In this document: in pieces, positions 10,272-19,007 of the stretch
Layout of the letters: each line of letters starts with the position of its first letter
How positions within the stretch are numbered: position 1 is the stretch's first letter
DNA from: an uncultured bacterium
GTDB lineage: Bacteria; Babelota; Babeliae; Babelales; Vermiphilaceae
Reading direction: 5' to 3'
Assembly: GCA_963702025.1 (NCBI GenBank)
Contig: OY969699.1
Coordinates: 416,001-480,000 of the forward strand
DNA: 64,000 nucleotides
Program-made: the position numbers and the translations under genes
Notes under the pieces: model-generated
What the model was told of the DNA's origin: nothing
The model's database searches: none
Seen by the model: the letters and a program-made list of their open reading frames with translations, nothing else

Positions 10272-10890
10272 TCAAATAGGCATTTTGGCCAATCTCTTCT
10301 TGGGATGATGCCGAGAGATGTGTGACCTGAGTCCTGAAGGCTGCTTGCATTTAGTAGGGCAATAATTGCACGTGAGTTGAGGGGGGAAATGAATCAACTC
10401 ATGCTCCTTGCAGGCCCACTTAGTTTTGAAGTTTTTTTGGCATATTGAGCATTCAAATGGACCTTGTTCTGAGTGGGTGATTAGATGCTCATTAAGTCGT
10501 GATTTGCATGAAAAGGTACGGTTTGGACAATCGAGGCATGAATGAACTATAGCATAAGCTTTTTGTTTAGGGTTCATGCGTTCTTGGTCGCGATGAGCTT
10601 CGTGGACCGCTTCTGTGTGTCTCCGAACCTGTTCAGGTGTGCAAAACCTTTTTTGTGCAAAAAGCGCACTGATGTTCAAGCTTCAGTGCTTGGAGAGGCG
10701 ACAATTTTTCACTCCTTACTTCTAATATCGCCAATGGAAGAATTGAAGCGGGCGGCGTTATTTCAAACTCATGATTATCTAATTTGTTGTTCAGTTGATC
10801 AGTTAAGTCCATGCTCACTAAGAATGATGGGATAGTAATAATTAACATTGTTACCATAAATCTCATATTTCTCCTTGCAAGATATTTCAT
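10272..10890 (-). pseudogene. Secreted 4-finger C2H2 protein split by a +1 frameshift in a 6-nt homopolymer (10649-10654)
   Basis: Removing one base joins HQCAFCTK to RFCTPEQVRRHTEAVH and restores finger 1; three further fingers follow. Confidence 0.8.
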
Positions 10891-10950
10891 TGAATAAGTA
10901 CTCTTATACCATATGGTAACAAATTAATACTGGTAAATAATGAGAATATT

Positions 10951-11481
10951 ATGAAAAAATTTTGTTTAATGGGAGTTTTTATGACGCAAATCTCTTTTGC
11001 TGCGACCCAAAAATTTACTGTTTCAGCGTTAGATTTTAAAAATAACGGTGCTATTCCGCGCGAGTTTACCGGTGACGGCAGTGATAAACAGCCGGTAATT
11101 GTTTGGAATAACGTTCCTAAAAATACGCAATCATTTGCGATTATTTGCCAAGATCCAGATGCTCCGGGCGGCACATGGGTTCATTGGGTGGTATACAATA
11201 TTCCCGCCAATAAACGAAGCAGTGATTATATACAGCATGGCGTTGAAAAAATGGCAGACGGCACCGCACAAGGGCTCAATAGTTGGCCCACTGTTGGCTA
11301 CAAAGGACCGTTGCCACCCGAAGGGCATGGGCCGCATCATTATCATTTTATTGTTTATGCTCTTGATACAATGTTGCCCTTGCAACCGCGCGCAACAAGA
11401 GATGCGGTGGAAAAAGCAATGCGCGGGCATATTTTGGCGCAGGCAGAAATAGTTGGCGTATATGAACGAAAAAAGAAATAA
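10951..11481 (+). CDS. YbhB/YbcL family Raf kinase inhibitor-like (PEBP) protein
   Basis: DPDAPGGTWVHWVVYNIP, GYKGPLPP, HHYHFIVYALD. Confidence 0.95.
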   Translation: MKKFCLMGVFMTQISFAATQKFTVSALDFKNNGAIPREFTGDGSDKQPVIVWNNVPKNTQSFAIICQDPDAPGGTWVHWVVYNIPANKRSSDYIQHGVEKMADGTAQGLNSWPTVGYKGPLPPEGHGPHHYHFIVYALDTMLPLQPRATRDAVEKAMRGHILAQAEIVGVYERKKK

Positions 11482-11965
11482 CGGCTTTTCACTCATCGAA
11501 TTGATGGTGGTGATTGCACTCATTGCTCTCATCGCCGGCATAAGCATATCATCAAGCCATTATCTGCATAAAACGCTGGTGCGCACAGAGCTTGATCTTT
11601 TATATACTACGTGCTTTTATTTGCGCAATGCAGCAATAGCGGCCAATAAAGAAATATCATTAGTGTTTGATGAAGCAGAACATAGTTATCTGTTTGAAGA
11701 TGAGGTGCACCGATTGCCTACTGCGGTGCGATTTGGTTTTTTACCCGAAGCCAAAGGGCCACCTTCATCGGCAAATACTCATTTGCAGTCGGCAATCACC
11801 TTTACGAACAAAAAAATAACTTTTTATCCGGACGGAATTATTAGTTCCGGCACGGTCTATCTTGTTGATGCGAACCGATCCAGCCTGTATGCGTTGAGTA
11901 ATGGAATTGCACAATTTTCATTATTACGCAAATATCGCTATGATGGCGTGTGGCAATTGATTTGA
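11462..11965 (+). CDS. Type II secretion pseudopilin / minor pilin (GspH/FimT-like)
   Basis: Prepilin motif GFSLIELMVVIALIA; ITFYPDG..SSGTVYL. Confidence 0.85.
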   Translation: MNEKRNNGFSLIELMVVIALIALIAGISISSSHYLHKTLVRTELDLLYTTCFYLRNAAIAANKEISLVFDEAEHSYLFEDEVHRLPTAVRFGFLPEAKGPPSSANTHLQSAITFTNKKITFYPDGIISSGTVYLVDANRSSLYALSNGIAQFSLLRKYRYDGVWQLI

Positions 11966-12573
11966 GAGTTATTTCTATTCATAGCTTTTTGTAATATTGC
12001 AACAGCGATATTACTTTGTTGCGCTATAACGAGCGCCGTTTCTTGGGAATCATTTTTTAAGAACGGGTCTGCATTATGTGCCAACAATAATTCAAGAAGT
12101 TCAATAGAGCGACGCGCAGCAAGCATGAGCGGGGTCCTGCCCGATGTTGTTGCGCAATTAACATTTGCGCCTCTTTTTAAAAGAAGCTCTGCTAGAGCAA
12201 CATCTTTTTCTATCACTGCCTTATGCAGTACAGTAAGTTCAAGATTGTTATCTTTGCTATTAGGGTCGGCCCCTGCATCAAGCAGAATTTGAGCAATTTC
12301 ATAGCCGACTTTTTTTCGTGTTTCTTTATCGGGAAATTTTTTGCAAATATCTTCGGTGTCATACATCTGCGGAACAATTAGCAACATTTGCATGCCCATC
12401 CATCGTGCATTAACTTCTTCTTTCGAGTTTTGCAATATCTTTGAAACAGCCTCTTTGTCAAAACCAGCTATCGCATCGCCAAGCTCTTTACCCTTATCCA
12501 TACTAATAGCTTGAAAAATAGTGTTTAAGCAGATGAGGACAAGCATTGTTTTGGATAGATAAAAATTCATCAT
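11938..12573 (-). CDS. Secreted ankyrin-repeat protein
   Basis: AIS-MD; LLDAGADPN, TVLHKA, GRTPLMLA, ETAL. Confidence 0.9.
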   Translation of the reverse strand: MMNFYLSKTMLVLICLNTIFQAISMDKGKELGDAIAGFDKEAVSKILQNSKEEVNARWMGMQMLLIVPQMYDTEDICKKFPDKETRKKVGYEIAQILLDAGADPNSKDNNLELTVLHKAVIEKDVALAELLLKRGANVNCATTSGRTPLMLAARRSIELLELLLAHNADPFLKNDSQETALVIAQQSNIAVAILQKAMNRNNSQINCHTPS

Positions 12574-12845
12574 TTTTTCCTTCTAAGGTTCATAATTCCT
12601 GAATTAAGGATAGTTATAAAGGAAATAGGCCCAAAAGCCAAATTCTTTGTGATTTTAGCCTCGATTTTTGGTTAAAAAAGGAGCTTTTTTCCCTGTAAAA
12701 AAATTCATTTTGAAAACTATTGATTTATTAAAATAGCTTTTGTTACTATTAGTATGAATACCAAGGGGTATGTATTACCTATGCCTCATGGTTAAATTGT
12801 GTTGTATTATAGGTAATTTTTATTTCCAAAAAAGGAGAATTTGTC

Positions 12846-13043
12846 ATGGCAAAAGCTCATAATAAAAAAGGTTTAGAAGCAGCTAAACGAAAAGCAAAAT
12901 CTGCATTGAAAGCATTAAAAAAAGACATTCTGAAGCAAAGAAGCAAGGCAAAAAAAGATATTAAAGCTTTGCATGCTAAACATCATAAACATGTGAAAAA
13001 GCTTGTTGAAAAAAATAAGAATTTATTTTCTTCATGGTTTTAA
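12846..13043 (+). CDS. Small Lys/Ala/His-rich basic protein
   Basis: AAGGAG SD; 65 aa, very lysine-rich; followed by a hairpin. Confidence 0.7.
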   Translation: MAKAHNKKGLEAAKRKAKSALKALKKDILKQRSKAKKDIKALHAKHHKHVKKLVEKNKNLFSSWF

Positions 13044-13085
13044 TCTTTTTTAGATAAAACAGAGCTTGAGTAAAAACAGTTCTAT

Positions 13086-13114
13086 GGGATAGTGTTTATA
13101 AAAGGCACTATCCC
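13086..13114 (+). terminator. Stem-loop downstream of the small basic protein gene
   Basis: GGGATAGTG...CACTATCCC perfect 9-bp stem. Confidence 0.55.
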
Positions 13115-13192
13115 TCCTATTTACATAATCTTTTCTAATAGAAACTATTCAATAACTATTCAATAGAATCCTCTAAAAACACCAAGTGTTAA

Positions 13193-13220
13193 TTGACAAT
13201 TTGGTTATTTAAACTAAAAT
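13193..13220 (+). promoter_or_regulatory. Sigma70-like promoter of the 13263-16800 operon
   Basis: TTGACA-16 nt-TAAAAT. Confidence 0.5.
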
Positions 13221-13262
13221 TATATTAATAATAGTATATTTTAGATTAAATGGAGTTTTTAT

Positions 13263-14111
13263 ATGAATAGATTATCACTTCTTCTTATCCCTGCAATGAT
13301 AACCACTTGCATGCAAGCCATGGAGATTCCTGAGCAAAGTACAGCTGAAAAACAAAAGATAAATCCCGTTTTACAAGCACTAATCACCAATGATTGCGCA
13401 GCGCTCCAAGCGATGGGAACCATTCTTTTGCAAGATAATGAGATTAAAGAATGGGCGCGCCATTATTATGATTCTGATTATAGTTTAGAGAAAAATGCAT
13501 TTGTAGATACTCTTTTGGCCCAGAAAGACATTTTATTTGAGTGCCCGAGCTTAGTGGATTTGGCATCGCAAAAAGTTGCTCAACTTCAAAAATTTAATAA
13601 TTTAGACATTTCTTGTTTGCCCCAAGATTTGAAAGAAAGATTACCTCTTCCCTATGCAAACTTTAATCTATTAAAAAATAAATGTACTGATTTAACGAAG
13701 CCCGAAGCATTTTTTATTGAAGGAGAAACGGAACTGTGTGATTCGCGCCGTGCAGATGAAATTAAAATGCTTAAAAGGATGATCGATAATTACATAGTAA
13801 AACACATCTTAATTACCGATAAAATAGCCGCTATTTTTGATGAAGTTTGCAATCAACATCGCCAAAAATTCGGCCAATTTGCGATGACCTATCACTTTCT
13901 TAGCATGCTTGTGCCAACTAATACTTTAGGTCCCATCAAGTATAGTTATATTGATTATTGCCATAGTATTGCTCGTGGTCAACTTCCTCGGGAATATTTC
14001 ACTTTAAATACAGATATTATGAAAAAATTGCTTCCCAAAAAAATTGTGCCGGCACCAGTTGCAACGGCGGTATCAAAACAACAAAATTCTGGATCGTGTT
14101 CAATATTATAG
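13263..14111 (+). CDS. Secreted protein with BC/SOCS-box-like motif and C-terminal CaaX (CSIL); paralog 1
   Basis: MQA-ME; CPSLVDLASQKV...ISCLPQDLKERL; ends SGSCSIL. Confidence 0.7.
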   Translation: MNRLSLLLIPAMITTCMQAMEIPEQSTAEKQKINPVLQALITNDCAALQAMGTILLQDNEIKEWARHYYDSDYSLEKNAFVDTLLAQKDILFECPSLVDLASQKVAQLQKFNNLDISCLPQDLKERLPLPYANFNLLKNKCTDLTKPEAFFIEGETELCDSRRADEIKMLKRMIDNYIVKHILITDKIAAIFDEVCNQHRQKFGQFAMTYHFLSMLVPTNTLGPIKYSYIDYCHSIARGQLPREYFTLNTDIMKKLLPKKIVPAPVATAVSKQQNSGSCSIL

Positions 14112-14138
14112 ATCGTTACCGGATCTTAGGGTTATTTT

Positions 14139-14981
14139 ATGAAACAATTTTTATGCAGTATCACTTTTTCATGCATTTTTGCTATGGCAAGTTGTGCCAT
14201 GGAAAGCGTAGACCAAAAAGAAATTAAAGAAGAAAAAAAGACAAATCCTGTTTTGCAAGCACTCATTACCAATGATTGCAAGGCGCTCAAGGCAATGAAC
14301 GCAATCATTTTGCAAGATAATGAAATAGAAGAGTGGGCATACCATTATTATAGTTCTGACTATAGTGACGAAAAAAATAAGTTGGTAGACACTGTTTTGT
14401 GTAAGGTGCCGATTATATTTGAAGTGCCATCACTGCTGGAAATTGCAGTGCAAGAAGTATCGCGCCAATTTTGGTTTAATAAGCTTGCCATCAATCATCT
14501 ACCGCAAGAACTTCAATCAAGAGTGATCGGCTGCATTCCCTTATTATCTTATAAGCTTTTAAAAAATCACTGTGCCGATTTAACTGCCGCTGAAAGCTCT
14601 TTTATTGAGGGGACAACGGATGAGTGTTACTCTCATCGATTGGATAAGATTCAATTATTAAAAGCATGCGTAGACAAATATCTTACGGAGCGATCAATGG
14701 TGGTTGAAAAATGTAATACTATTTTTGAGAAGATTCAAAATATGATAGTTGATCAGAAAATAAGAAATACGCAAGAAAGCGTTCAGGGAATTCCCGGTTT
14801 TATTGCCCCCGATTGGGGTGACGTTAAGAAAAGGCTTGTTCATGCGGAGCAATATATGGCTGATTTTCTTCACCCAGGAAGATCGGTAGGTTTTCCCAAA
14901 GGCGAATTGTATTTACGCATTCTTTTTAAGATTATATTACCCAATGAAATCTCAAAACTCGTAATCAAAAGTAAAAAATAA
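14139..14981 (+). CDS. Secreted protein with BC/SOCS-box-like motif; paralog 2
   Basis: SCA-ME; NPVLQALITNDC shared with paralog 1; VPSLLEIAVQEV...INHLPQELQSRV. Confidence 0.7.
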   Translation: MKQFLCSITFSCIFAMASCAMESVDQKEIKEEKKTNPVLQALITNDCKALKAMNAIILQDNEIEEWAYHYYSSDYSDEKNKLVDTVLCKVPIIFEVPSLLEIAVQEVSRQFWFNKLAINHLPQELQSRVIGCIPLLSYKLLKNHCADLTAAESSFIEGTTDECYSHRLDKIQLLKACVDKYLTERSMVVEKCNTIFEKIQNMIVDQKIRNTQESVQGIPGFIAPDWGDVKKRLVHAEQYMADFLHPGRSVGFPKGELYLRILFKIILPNEISKLVIKSKK

Positions 14982-14998
14982 AATAAATGGAAGTTCAA

Positions 14999-15832
14999 AT
15001 GAATAAATTAAAATGTGTATTGCTTCTATTCAGTGCATCTTCTGCAAGTTACGCAATGAATGCTGACCGTGAAGAAGGGGCGAGCAAGAATGCAATTGAA
15101 CTATCAGCAAAAATAAGTTTGCTTGAAATAAAAGATAATGGCAAAGAAAAAAAAGAAGAAGAAAATCTCATTGTTCAGATGTTAATTAACAATGATGTTC
15201 CTGGATTGCGAAGATTAAAAGGAATAGCACTCACTCAAGATTCTCTTAAAAAATGGGCAACCCATTATTATAAATGCCCAACATCGCCTTTAAAATCTGC
15301 AGCAGTTGATTGGGTTCTTTTGGAAAGTAATCTTTATTTAACGGTTCCGACATTAAAGGCATTTACGCTTCAAAAAGCTGCTGAACTTGTGCTTACCAAA
15401 AATCTAAAAATAGATAGTTTACCGCAAGATATCAAAGATATATTTTGGTCCACGGCGCCGACCTTTTCTTTTTTGAAAAATCAGATTACGGGCTTAAATT
15501 CGCATGAAATTTTTTTATTATGTAATGATATTGCAAACGATACCATCAAAGCAGATGCGCTTGAAAAAGTGAAACGTATTTCCGCGTTGAGGGCTAATTA
15601 TATACGAGATCGTGTTGACTTAATTGTCCAGATTAGTGAGCTTTTTTACAAGACATGCGATGAGAGTTACCCTGTAGGACTTTCATGTCATGAAACAACG
15701 AGCCAAACGATTTTCAAAAATTTGGGATATGATCCTGCGCCGAACGTTATGAACTGTTTTGGTTATGACGCCGAAAAGAGGATTACGAATAGAATATACA
15801 ATAGATTATTCCCACAAACCAATCCAAAATAA
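14999..15832 (+). CDS. Secreted protein with BC/SOCS-box-like motif; paralog 3
   Basis: SYA-MN; WATHYY; VPTLKAFTLQKA...IDSLPQDIKDIF. Confidence 0.7.
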   Translation: MNKLKCVLLLFSASSASYAMNADREEGASKNAIELSAKISLLEIKDNGKEKKEEENLIVQMLINNDVPGLRRLKGIALTQDSLKKWATHYYKCPTSPLKSAAVDWVLLESNLYLTVPTLKAFTLQKAAELVLTKNLKIDSLPQDIKDIFWSTAPTFSFLKNQITGLNSHEIFLLCNDIANDTIKADALEKVKRISALRANYIRDRVDLIVQISELFYKTCDESYPVGLSCHETTSQTIFKNLGYDPAPNVMNCFGYDAEKRITNRIYNRLFPQTNPK

Positions 15833-15844
15833 ATGGAGTTTATT

Positions 15845-16693
15845 ATGAATATGATTTTACACTATTTTTCATTATGCTTGATTCTCAGCTTGTGGCAGGT
15901 TGCCGCAATGGAACTGCCTCCTGCTGGCGAGTTAAAATCAAAAGCATCGATAATTGCAAAAAAATCGGTGTATGAACAAAAGAACACAATGTATAATGAC
16001 ATTGTGGATCTTATTAATAATAATGAAGATTTAAATGCGCTGATCTATTGCAGAAATGGGAGAACCGCTCTTGGGCATGCTGCTTTTAATAATAAATTAG
16101 AGGAAGCAGCATTATTGCTAGATCATGGTGCAGATCCTAATGCTGCCCCAACCAATGAAACTCCCCTTATTTTGGCAGTAGAAGGTGGTCATCCTGCAAT
16201 GGTTAAATTGCTGACGAGCCGTGGGGCAAATCCTAATATTGGTCCCCGCTTTCCGTTGCACACTATTTGTTACTGCGTAAAAGATGTGCTTGACGCAGAG
16301 AAAATAGCAGCACGGCTTGAGATGGCGCACTGGCTTTTAGAAAATAACGCTGATCCTGAATTAAAAGATGCCAAAGGAAATACGCCAATTTTTTATCTTT
16401 TAGAGCCCACTGATTTTACTGCCTGTTATGCTCATTGTCCGGCAGGATGTGCTGTTCATCCGGATTCAGCACGTCAGCGAGAAATCATTTTTAATCAGCG
16501 TAAAGAATTGATAGGTGAGTTTATCCATTTAATCAAATTGGAAACAAAAAATAATCAGGGCAAAACAATAGTTGAATTTGCAACATCACCATCGGCGTAC
16601 CCATTTTTAGGTGCGCACGCTAGTCAAGATGCGATGCGCAAAGAATTGGGTGAATTTATAGAATCATTTTTTGTAACTAAGAAATTAATATGA
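15845..16693 (+). CDS. Secreted ankyrin-repeat protein
   Basis: VAA-ME; GRTALGHA, LLLDHGADPN, ETPLILA, GNTPI. Confidence 0.9.
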   Translation: MNMILHYFSLCLILSLWQVAAMELPPAGELKSKASIIAKKSVYEQKNTMYNDIVDLINNNEDLNALIYCRNGRTALGHAAFNNKLEEAALLLDHGADPNAAPTNETPLILAVEGGHPAMVKLLTSRGANPNIGPRFPLHTICYCVKDVLDAEKIAARLEMAHWLLENNADPELKDAKGNTPIFYLLEPTDFTACYAHCPAGCAVHPDSARQREIIFNQRKELIGEFIHLIKLETKNNQGKTIVEFATSPSAYPFLGAHASQDAMRKELGEFIESFFVTKKLI

Positions 16694-16800
16694 AAATACT
16701 ACCATTACTTTTGCTTTTCGTGATTATTGCCCCATGTAGTAATGCTATGGAAATGCAGGCAAAGAAAGTAAAAACAAAAGACTTTAAGATCTTACTTTGA
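16690..16800 (+). pseudogene. Signal-peptide-only remnant or micropeptide (36 aa)
   Basis: MKILPLLLLFVIIAPCSNA-MEMQAKKVKTKDFKILL*, ATGA-coupled to the upstream gene; below the ORF-track size cutoff. Confidence 0.55.
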
Positions 16801-16842
16801 CGCTTTACTTGTTTTTTACGTACGTTTGCGCTAAAAATCAAT

Positions 16843-16886
16843 CATGGTTCGATACGCTGCGCTTCGCAATCACTCACCATGAACGG
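16843..16886 (-). repeat. Palindromic REP-like element (family A)
   Basis: CATGGTTCGATAC-hairpin-ACTCACCATGAACGG. Confidence 0.85.
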
Positions 16887-16945
16887 GGGTTTGCTATTAG
16901 CTGCAATGTTATCATCGAACCATGATAAACTAGAGAGTAGCACGT

Positions 16946-17671
16946 ATGAAGCAGTATGTTTTTCTTGTCTTTGTTTTTTTTAGCGCGTCAGCGCAAAATC
17001 AGATTTTTAATAATCCGGATCTGGGTAAAACACATTTTATTGTTGGGTTGCCGCCACACGAAAATAGCGTGCAAGAAGAAGTGCCAATCACGGCTAGTAC
17101 CGATTTGCATGCGCGCTTAATTTGCAAAGATGGTAGTTGCATGCATGCCTTTTTTTCTCCCGATGATGATCTTGAAGAATTATTAATTCAGCTTATTAAT
17201 GCGGAGAAAATGAGTATTCAGTTGGCAGTATTTTCATTCACCGATGGCGCGATTGCCCAAGCGCTTATTAATGCCCATCGTCGTGGCATAAAAATTGTGG
17301 TGATAACTGATATTTCCGGCGCGCGTGATAAATTCTCAAAAATCGATTTACTCAAAAAAAATGGCATAACCGTTCTGGTCTACGATCCCCGCAATCAAAC
17401 AGTGCTCAACAATATTATGCATCACAAGTTTGTGCTTTTTGAAAAAAACGTCGGGAGCAAATCATTGGTGTGGACCGGTTCCTATAATTTTACCAAATCG
17501 GCAACACGTAACAATCAAGAGAATATTGTGCTCCTGGACAGCAAGCCGTTGATTGATAAATACGCAAAACAATTCTCATTATTGCAAGAACGTACGAGAA
17601 AATTGCCGGTGAAATTTGCGCAAAGAAAAGATACGCTATCGAATTGCTTCATTACTACAATTCCTTCCTAG
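16946..17671 (+). CDS. Phospholipase D-like nuclease/lipase (Nuc/MitoPLD-type, single HKD)
   Basis: FFSP, MHHKFVLFE, WTGSYNFT..A...NQEN; signal peptide. Confidence 0.88.
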   Translation: MKQYVFLVFVFFSASAQNQIFNNPDLGKTHFIVGLPPHENSVQEEVPITASTDLHARLICKDGSCMHAFFSPDDDLEELLIQLINAEKMSIQLAVFSFTDGAIAQALINAHRRGIKIVVITDISGARDKFSKIDLLKKNGITVLVYDPRNQTVLNNIMHHKFVLFEKNVGSKSLVWTGSYNFTKSATRNNQENIVLLDSKPLIDKYAKQFSLLQERTRKLPVKFAQRKDTLSNCFITTIPS

Positions 17672-17724
17672 CTCGAGCATCATGCTATTCGCCTTTAGAA
17701 AAAAAAGCAAGTAGTTTTTATTTG

Positions 17725-18717
17725 TTATTGTTCAAGAATTTCTAAAAGCCTTTTAAAATCGTCAGGAATTTCTTGCGAAAAAGTATACGGTACATTCTGA
17801 AAGGTAAATGAGAGGGATGATGCATGCAATGCATGGCGGTCAATGAGTTTTGACGATGCGCCATACATAAAATCACCAACAAGTGGATGACCGATCGCGC
17901 TCAAATGAACACGAATCTGATGGGTGCGTCCGGTTAGAGGATTAATTTGCACTAATGCATGATTGTCAAAGTAACGCAGCACGGTGTAATGAGAAAGCGC
18001 GTGGCGAGTTGATGGTTGATTGCGCTGGCGATAATGAGTTGTTAACGCCTTTTCATCAGGAATATGAGCCATCATTTTTTTTCGATTAACCGGATGACGG
18101 CCAATCGAAAAATCGATACTACCGGTAGCTGGCGGATGGCCTTCAACTATGGCCAGATAAGTTTTTGCAATAGTGCGCTGTTTGAACATGGCGCCAAAGG
18201 TCATGTGAGCAAAATTGGTGCGAGGGATTATTAAAAGCCCCGATGTTTCTCTATCAAGACGATGCACAATTCCCGGGCGTTCAATACTGCCCACATCAAC
18301 CAGCTCGTGATGGTTGGTCAAGAGCCAATCAACAACAGTTGGTTCGGTAGTTATTGTTTCGGTTTGATGAACAAGCAATTTGGCAGGTTTGGCAATAATA
18401 AAAAAATGTTCGTGCGCATAGAGTATCTTAATGCCTAAATCAGAGTTCACTGGGTTAAAAAGAGGCCGACTTGCTTCAAGTGGAAATGAGATGATAATAG
18501 TATCAGCTGTTTTTACCTGGGCGCTCGATTTTGCCGGTTGGGCATTAATAGTAATAGCTTTTTGTTCCAGCAGGCCTTGAAAAAAACTGCGAGAATATTC
18601 AGGGAGCGCCACTGATAAAAATTTATCAATACGCTGACCTGCTTGCGATTCTTCAACCACCAACGATACTGTTGATGAAACTGGTTTGTTAGTGCTAATC
18701 TGAGATCTCATCTCCAT
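17725..18717 (-). CDS. rluD: RluA/RluD family pseudouridine synthase with S4 domain
   Basis: RIDKFL, RPGIVHRLDRETSG, TGRTHQIRVH, GHPLVGD. Confidence 0.92.
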   Translation of the reverse strand: MEMRSQISTNKPVSSTVSLVVEESQAGQRIDKFLSVALPEYSRSFFQGLLEQKAITINAQPAKSSAQVKTADTIIISFPLEASRPLFNPVNSDLGIKILYAHEHFFIIAKPAKLLVHQTETITTEPTVVDWLLTNHHELVDVGSIERPGIVHRLDRETSGLLIIPRTNFAHMTFGAMFKQRTIAKTYLAIVEGHPPATGSIDFSIGRHPVNRKKMMAHIPDEKALTTHYRQRNQPSTRHALSHYTVLRYFDNHALVQINPLTGRTHQIRVHLSAIGHPLVGDFMYGASSKLIDRHALHASSLSFTFQNVPYTFSQEIPDDFKRLLEILEQ

Positions 18718-18880
18718 TTGTGCCCCATTAGGATTAAAATAGTAAAAAACTCCTTATTTTTAAAGATAAGGTATTGATACAGAATGTCAATCAAAAAAAC
18801 CCTAATAGACAAGCTTTTTTTAATGGTTTAGTATGAGAAAAGCAGAGAGCAAAGATATGCTCAAAAATTTACTTAAGTAA

Positions 18881-18996
18881 ATCCGTTTGCCTCGATCCTT
18901 CGATACGCACCTTCGGTGCTACTCAGGATGTGTAAAAAACCACACATGGTGAGTGCGAGCTAAGCGAGCGTATCGAACCATGACCCGAACGAACGG
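18881..18996. repeat. Composite family A palindromic element flanked by AAGTAA direct repeats
   Basis: CCGTT...GAACGG ends; internal CTTCGATAC..CTCAGG and CATGGTGAG..TCGAACCATG units; AAGTAA at 18875-18880 and 18997-19002. Confidence 0.8.
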
Positions 18997-19007
18997 AAGT
19001 AAGGAGA

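Noticed and set aside
10647..10655. A-AAA-AAG slippery heptamer at the zinc-finger frameshift as programmed -1 frameshifting
   Set aside because: Restoring the finger needs a +1 shift, not -1.
13143..13164. 11-bp tandem duplication AACTATTCAAT x2
   Set aside because: Only two copies in AT-rich intergenic DNA; no support for a function.
14987..15844. Short MExx-M N-terminal extensions in the ORF track (MEVQM, MEFIM, also MEEIM, MENYM, MEHM)
   Set aside because: ATGGAG/ATGGAA here is best explained as the Shine-Dalgarno region of the downstream ATG, which begins the signal peptide.
18881..18996. M-box or other Mg2+ riboswitch upstream of mgtE
   Set aside because: The structured sequence matches the dispersed family A repeat and shows no riboswitch consensus I can recognise.
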